NCBI GenBank assembly: GCA_040905425.1
Contig: JBBDRO010000013.1
Location: 1 to 12,143 of the forward strand
Source: Gemmatimonadota bacterium
Lineage (GTDB): Bacteria > Gemmatimonadota > Gemmatimonadetes > Longimicrobiales > RSA9
Length of the DNA stretch: 12,143 nucleotides
Direction: 5' to 3'
How positions within the stretch are numbered: the stretch's first letter is position 1; each line of letters starts with the position of its first letter. Position numbers and translations under genes: made by a program. The notes under the pieces are model-generated. The model ran no database searches. It was not told the origin of the DNA and saw nothing but the letters and a program-made list of their open reading frames with translations. Below are positions 7,682-12,143 of this stretch, in pieces.

Positions 7682-10600
7682 ATGATCGATTTCCCGCGTA
7701 CCCGCGAGCCGCGGTCCAGCGACTTCGACTTCATTCAGCTGCGCATCGGGTCTCCCGAAGAGATCCGCAGCTGGTCCTACGGTGAGGTCGTCAAGCCGGA
7801 GACGATCAACTACCGCTCCTTCAAGCCGGAGCGGGATGGTCTCTTCTGCGAGCGCATTTTCGGTCCCGTGAAGGACTGGGAGTGTCACTGCGGAAAGTTC
7901 AAGCGCATCCGCTTTCGCGGCCACATCTGCGACAAGTGCGGTGTAGAGGTCACCCTCTCCAAGGTGCGCCGCGAGCGCATGGGGCACATCGAGCTGGCCG
8001 TCCCCGTGGCGCACATCTGGTTCTTCAAGACGCTGCCGAGCCAGATGGGCTACCTGCTGGGCGTCACGCTGCGTGATCTCGAGAAGATCATCTACTACGC
8101 GGCGTACGTGGTGACCAATCCGGGGAAGCAGGACCTCAAGTACCAGCAGCTGCTGGACGAGGACGAGTACTACGACCTGCGCGTCAAGGCCCGCGAGGAG
8201 GGGGACTCCGACTTCAAGGCCGAGATCGGCGCCGAGGGCGTCCGCACGCTGCTGCGGCAGCTGGACACGCAGGACCGCTCCATTCTGGACCGCAACAAGG
8301 ACGGCCGCGGCCTGGACCGGCTGGCCGAAACGCTGCGCGACGAGGTGCTGAACGAGACCAGCCAGCACCGCAAGAAGATGAAGCTCAAGCGGCTCAAGGT
8401 CATCGACGCCATCCGCAACTCCGGCACGTCGCCGGAGGCGCGCAACAAGCCCGAGTGGATGATCATGGACGTGGTGCCGGTGATCCCGCCGGACCTGCGC
8501 CCGCTGGTGCCGCTCGACGGCGGCCGCTTCGCGACCTCGGACCTGAACGACCTCTATCGCCGCGTCATCAACCGGAACAACCGGCTGAAGAAGCTCATGG
8601 AGATGCGTGCTCCGGAGGTCATCCTCCGCAACGAGAAGCGCATGCTCCAGGAGGCGGTGGACGCGCTCTTCGACAACGGTCGCCGCTCCAAGGCCATCCG
8701 CGGTCGGGGTAAGCGGCCGCTGAAGTCGCTGTCCGACATGCTGAAGGGCAAGCAGGGCCGTTTCCGGCAGAACCTGCTAGGCAAGCGCGTGGACTACTCC
8801 GGCCGTTCCGTGATCGTGGTGGGCCCGGAGCTCAAGCTGCACCAGTGCGGCCTGCCCAAGGCCATGGCGGTGGAGCTCTTCAAGCCCTTCATCATCCACG
8901 AGTTGGAGAAGCTGGGCGAGGCCGAGACCGTCAAGCGCGCCAAGAAGCTGGTGGAGCGTGACGATCCCAAGGTCTACGAGGTGCTCGAGGAGATCATTCG
9001 TGACCACCCGGTGCTGCTGAACCGCGCACCCACGCTGCATCGACTGGGCATCCAGGCCTTCGAGCCGGTACTGGTGGAGGGCAAGGCCATCCGCATCCAT
9101 CCGCTGGTGTGCGCCGCTTTCAACGCCGATTTCGACGGCGACCAGATGGCGGTGCACGTGCCGCTGTCCTTCGAGGCCCAGCTCGAGGCCCGCGTCCTCA
9201 TGCTGTCCTCGAACAACATCCTGCTGCCCTCCAACGGGCGGCCGGTGGCGTCCCCGTCCCAGGACATGGTGATCGGGTGCTACTACCTCACCAAGGCACC
9301 GCTCGCGGTGACCGACGTGGAGGAGCTGCTGGCCTCGGGCCTTGGCACGCGCGACGCCCGTGCCAAGGCGGAATCCAAGCTGGAGGAGCTCTACAAGGAT
9401 GCGCCGCGCTTCGGCCGGTTCGGGGAGGCCGAGTCCGCGTTGGCGCTGGGCATGGTGACGTATCAGACGCCGTGCTGGTTCTGGGTGGAGGGCCGCCGTC
9501 TGCAGGAGGATGAGCCGGACGCCGAGACGCCCAAGGGGCAGTGGCTCCGCACGACCGTGGGTCGGGCCATCTTCAACTCCGTCATCCCGGAGGCGCTGGG
9601 CTACTGGAACCTCACCATGGGCAAGAAGGAACTGGGAGAGGTCATCTACCAGTCCTACCGCCAGGTGGGGCTCAAGGAGACCACCGAGTTCCTGGATTAC
9701 CTCAAGGACTTCGGGTTCCGTTACGCCACCATGGGTGGCATCTCCGTGGGCGTGGCCGACCTGGTCGTGCCCTCCGAGAAGGGGGAGATCCTGCGGGACG
9801 CGGAGGAGGAGGTGAGCCGCTTCACACGCGCCTACCAGAACGGCGTCATCTCCAACGGTGAGCGCTACAACAAGATCATCGACACCTGGACGCACGCCAA
9901 CAATGACGTGGCGGATGCCATGGTGCGCCGCCTGGAGCGTTCCAGCGGCGGTTTCAACCCGGTGTTCATGATGATGAACTCCGGCGCCCGTGGTAACCGG
10001 GACCAGATGCGCCAGCTGGCCGGCATGCGCGGCCTCATGGCCAAGCCGCAGAAGAAGCTGACGGGTGGCATCGGTGAGATCATCGAGAGCCCCATCAAGT
10101 CCAACTTCCGTGAGGGGCTCACGGTGCTGGAGTACTTCATCTCCACGCACGGTGCTCGTAAGGGTCTGGCGGACACGGCCCTGAAGACGGCCGACGCCGG
10201 CTATCTGACGCGCCGCCTGGTAGACGTGGCGCAGGACGTGACCGTGGCGGAGGAGGACTGCGGCACCATCCTGGGCATCGAGATGGCCGCCCTGAAGGAG
10301 GGCGAGGACATCATCGAGCCGCTCAAGGATCGCATCGTGGGCAACGTGGCCCTGGAGGATGTCTACGACCCGATCGACGGGGATCTGCTGGTCGAGGCCG
10401 GCGAGCTGATCGACGAGGAGGAGGCCGACGCCATCGAGGACGCCGGTATCCAGACGGTGAAGATCCGCTCCGTGCTCACCTGCGAGGCCAAGCGCGGCAT
10501 CTGCAAGCAGTGCTACGGTCGCAACCTGGCCACCATGAAGATGGTGGACATGGGTGAGGCGGTGGGCATCCTGGCCGCGCAGTCGATCGGCGAGCCGGGC

Positions 10601-11998
10601 ACGCAGCTCACGCTGCGCACCTTCCACATCGGTGGTACGGCGTCGCGCATCGCGGCGCAGACGCAGCGCAAGAGCAAGGTGGAGGGCAAGGCGTCCTTCG
10701 AGCGCATCACGTTCGTGGAAACGCCCGAGAAGAACCGCATCGTGACGAGCCGTGAGGGTGAGATCGTCATGATGACCAAGGAGGGCTCGGTGCGCAGCCG
10801 CCTGGCGGTGCCCTACGGCGCCACCCTGGCGGTGGAAGACGGCACCCAGATCGAGGTCGGCGACCTGCTCTTCAGCTGGGATCCCTACTCCGAGCCGATC
10901 GTGGCCGACTTCGGCGGCAAGATCAAGTTCGTGGACATCGTGGACGAGGAGACGGTCCGCGAGGAGCTGGACGAGTCCACGGGCCGCAGGCAGCTGGTGA
11001 TCATCGAGGACCGGGAGAAGAAGCTCCACCCGATGATCGAGATCCAGCACGCCAAGAACCAGGAAAAGCTGCGCGAGTTCATCATCCCCGTGGGCGCGCA
11101 GCTCACGGTGCGCCACGGCGAAGCGGTGGAGCCCGGCACCACGCTGGCCAAGATCTCGCGCGAGGTCTACAAGACGCGTGACATCACGGGCGGTCTGCCG
11201 CGCGTGGCGGAGCTCTTTGAGGCGCGCCGCCCGAAGGATCCGTCCGTCATCACCGAGATCGACGGGCTCATCCGGTTCGGTGAGATCAAGCGCGGCAAGC
11301 GTGAGATCGTGGTGGAGCCGCCGCAGGGCGCCGAGCGCGTCTACGAGGTGCCGGTCGGCAAGCACCTCCGGGTGCACGAGGGTGACCAGGTGCGCGCGGG
11401 TGACCGCCTCTCCGAGGGTCCGGTCAACCCGCACGACATCCTGCGCATCAAGGGCCCCCGCGCCGTGCAGGAGTACCTGCTCAACGAGGTGCAGGAGGTC
11501 TACCGCCTGCAGGGCGTGAAGATCAACGACAAGCACATCGGCTGCATCGTCCGCCAGATGCTGCAGAAGGTGCGCATCACGGACGCCGGGGACAGCGAGT
11601 TCCTGGAAGGCGAGCACGTGGATCGTACGATCTTCCGCAACGCCAACCAGAAGCTCATCGACAAGGGCAAGACGCCGGCGCGTTCCGAGCCCCTGCTGCT
11701 GGGCATCACCAAGGCCAGCCTGACCACGCAGTCCTTCATCAGCGCCGCCTCCTTCCAGGAGACCACGCGGGTGCTGACGGACGCCGCGGTGCGCGGCGCC
11801 CGGGATGAGCTCATCGGCCTGAAGGAGAACATCATCATCGGCCACCTCATTCCCGCCGGTACCGGCATCTTCCGGGGCCAGGACGTGGAGTTCAAGGTGG
11901 ACGTGGAGGCGTCACATGAGGAGGAAGAGCCCGTGGTGATGGGAGAGCGCGAGCTCTTCCCGGGGCTCGCCGAGGAGCCGGCCCCGAGTGGTGACTGA
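7682..11998 (+). CDS. rpoC: DNA-directed RNA polymerase subunit beta'
   Basis: KPETINYR, zinc finger ECHCGK...[28 protein letters not shown], catalytic NADFDGD (9122-9142), bridge helix [17 protein letters not shown], trigger loop [28 protein letters not shown] at 7669-7672. Confidence 0.99.
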   Translation: MIDFPRTREPRSSDFDFIQLRIGSPEEIRSWSYGEVVKPETINYRSFKPERDGLFCERIFGPVKDWECHCGKFKRIRFRGHICDKCGVEVTLSKVRRERMGHIELAVPVAHIWFFKTLPSQMGYLLGVTLRDLEKIIYYAAYVVTNPGKQDLKYQQLLDEDEYYDLRVKAREEGDSDFKAEIGAEGVRTLLRQLDTQDRSILDRNKDGRGLDRLAETLRDEVLNETSQHRKKMKLKRLKVIDAIRNSGTSPEARNKPEWMIMDVVPVIPPDLRPLVPLDGGRFATSDLNDLYRRVINRNNRLKKLMEMRAPEVILRNEKRMLQEAVDALFDNGRRSKAIRGRGKRPLKSLSDMLKGKQGRFRQNLLGKRVDYSGRSVIVVGPELKLHQCGLPKAMAVELFKPFIIHELEKLGEAETVKRAKKLVERDDPKVYEVLEEIIRDHPVLLNRAPTLHRLGIQAFEPVLVEGKAIRIHPLVCAAFNADFDGDQMAVHVPLSFEAQLEARVLMLSSNNILLPSNGRPVASPSQDMVIGCYYLTKAPLAVTDVEELLASGLGTRDARAKAESKLEELYKDAPRFGRFGEAESALALGMVTYQTPCWFWVEGRRLQEDEPDAETPKGQWLRTTVGRAIFNSVIPEALGYWNLTMGKKELGEVIYQSYRQVGLKETTEFLDYLKDFGFRYATMGGISVGVADLVVPSEKGEILRDAEEEVSRFTRAYQNGVISNGERYNKIIDTWTHANNDVADAMVRRLERSSGGFNPVFMMMNSGARGNRDQMRQLAGMRGLMAKPQKKLTGGIGEIIESPIKSNFREGLTVLEYFISTHGARKGLADTALKTADAGYLTRRLVDVAQDVTVAEEDCGTILGIEMAALKEGEDIIEPLKDRIVGNVALEDVYDPIDGDLLVEAGELIDEEEADAIEDAGIQTVKIRSVLTCEAKRGICKQCYGRNLATMKMVDMGEAVGILAAQSIGEPGTQLTLRTFHIGGTASRIAAQTQRKSKVEGKASFERITFVETPEKNRIVTSREGEIVMMTKEGSVRSRLAVPYGATLAVEDGTQIEVGDLLFSWDPYSEPIVADFGGKIKFVDIVDEETVREELDESTGRRQLVIIEDREKKLHPMIEIQHAKNQEKLREFIIPVGAQLTVRHGEAVEPGTTLAKISREVYKTRDITGGLPRVAELFEARRPKDPSVITEIDGLIRFGEIKRGKREIVVEPPQGAERVYEVPVGKHLRVHEGDQVRAGDRLSEGPVNPHDILRIKGPRAVQEYLLNEVQEVYRLQGVKINDKHIGCIVRQMLQKVRITDAGDSEFLEGEHVDRTIFRNANQKLIDKGKTPARSEPLLLGITKASLTTQSFISAASFQETTRVLTDAAVRGARDELIGLKENIIIGHLIPAGTGIFRGQDVEFKVDVEASHEEEEPVVMGERELFPGLAEEPAPSGD

Positions 11999-12143
11999 GG
12001 CGTAGCGGTCCGACCGGGACCCGCCGGCCCGGGCCGCACCTGTCCGGTGTAAGCGACGTCCCGCGTCACCTTCCGGTGCGCGTCAGGAACGCGGCCCCGA
12101 GCCTCCCGGCGCGGGGTCGCGGGGTCGCGCGGGCGTGCGGGCG

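Noticed and set aside
7567..7785. 72-aa ORF bridging the rpoB end and rpoC start
   Set aside because: It overlaps both genes out of frame, crosses a strong hairpin and has no recognisable homology.
8777..11845. 1022-aa ORF on the minus strand
   Set aside because: Antisense shadow of rpoC. Strong GC3 codon bias removes stop codons from the mirrored frame, and there are no recognisable motifs.
1..12143. tRNA, rRNA, CRISPR array, IS element or prophage
   Set aside because: Nearly all of the window is core CDS, and the short spacers show no cloverleaf, regular repeat-spacer pattern or transposase/integrase remnant.

Overview
High-GC bacterial core housekeeping locus, entirely on the + strand: 3' end of tuf, rpmG (L33, missed by the ORF track), secE, nusG, rplK, rplA, rplJ, rplL, rpoB, rpoC, then 145 nt of non-coding sequence. 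Protein style tentatively suggests Gemmatimonadota (from memory, not tested). I found no mobile element, CRISPR array, tRNA or accessory gene, and no clearly new biological system. The main points of interest are: (i) very tight gene packing from tuf to rplJ, leaving no room for the usual tRNA-Trp, L1 leader or L10 leader; (ii) a structured 242-nt rplL-rpoB spacer with a duplicated 10-mer that permits alternative folds, plus a possible 50-codon uORF with a sequestered SD; (iii) a ~125-aa RpoB insertion at an atypical site, plus smaller RpoB/RpoC indels and substitutions.
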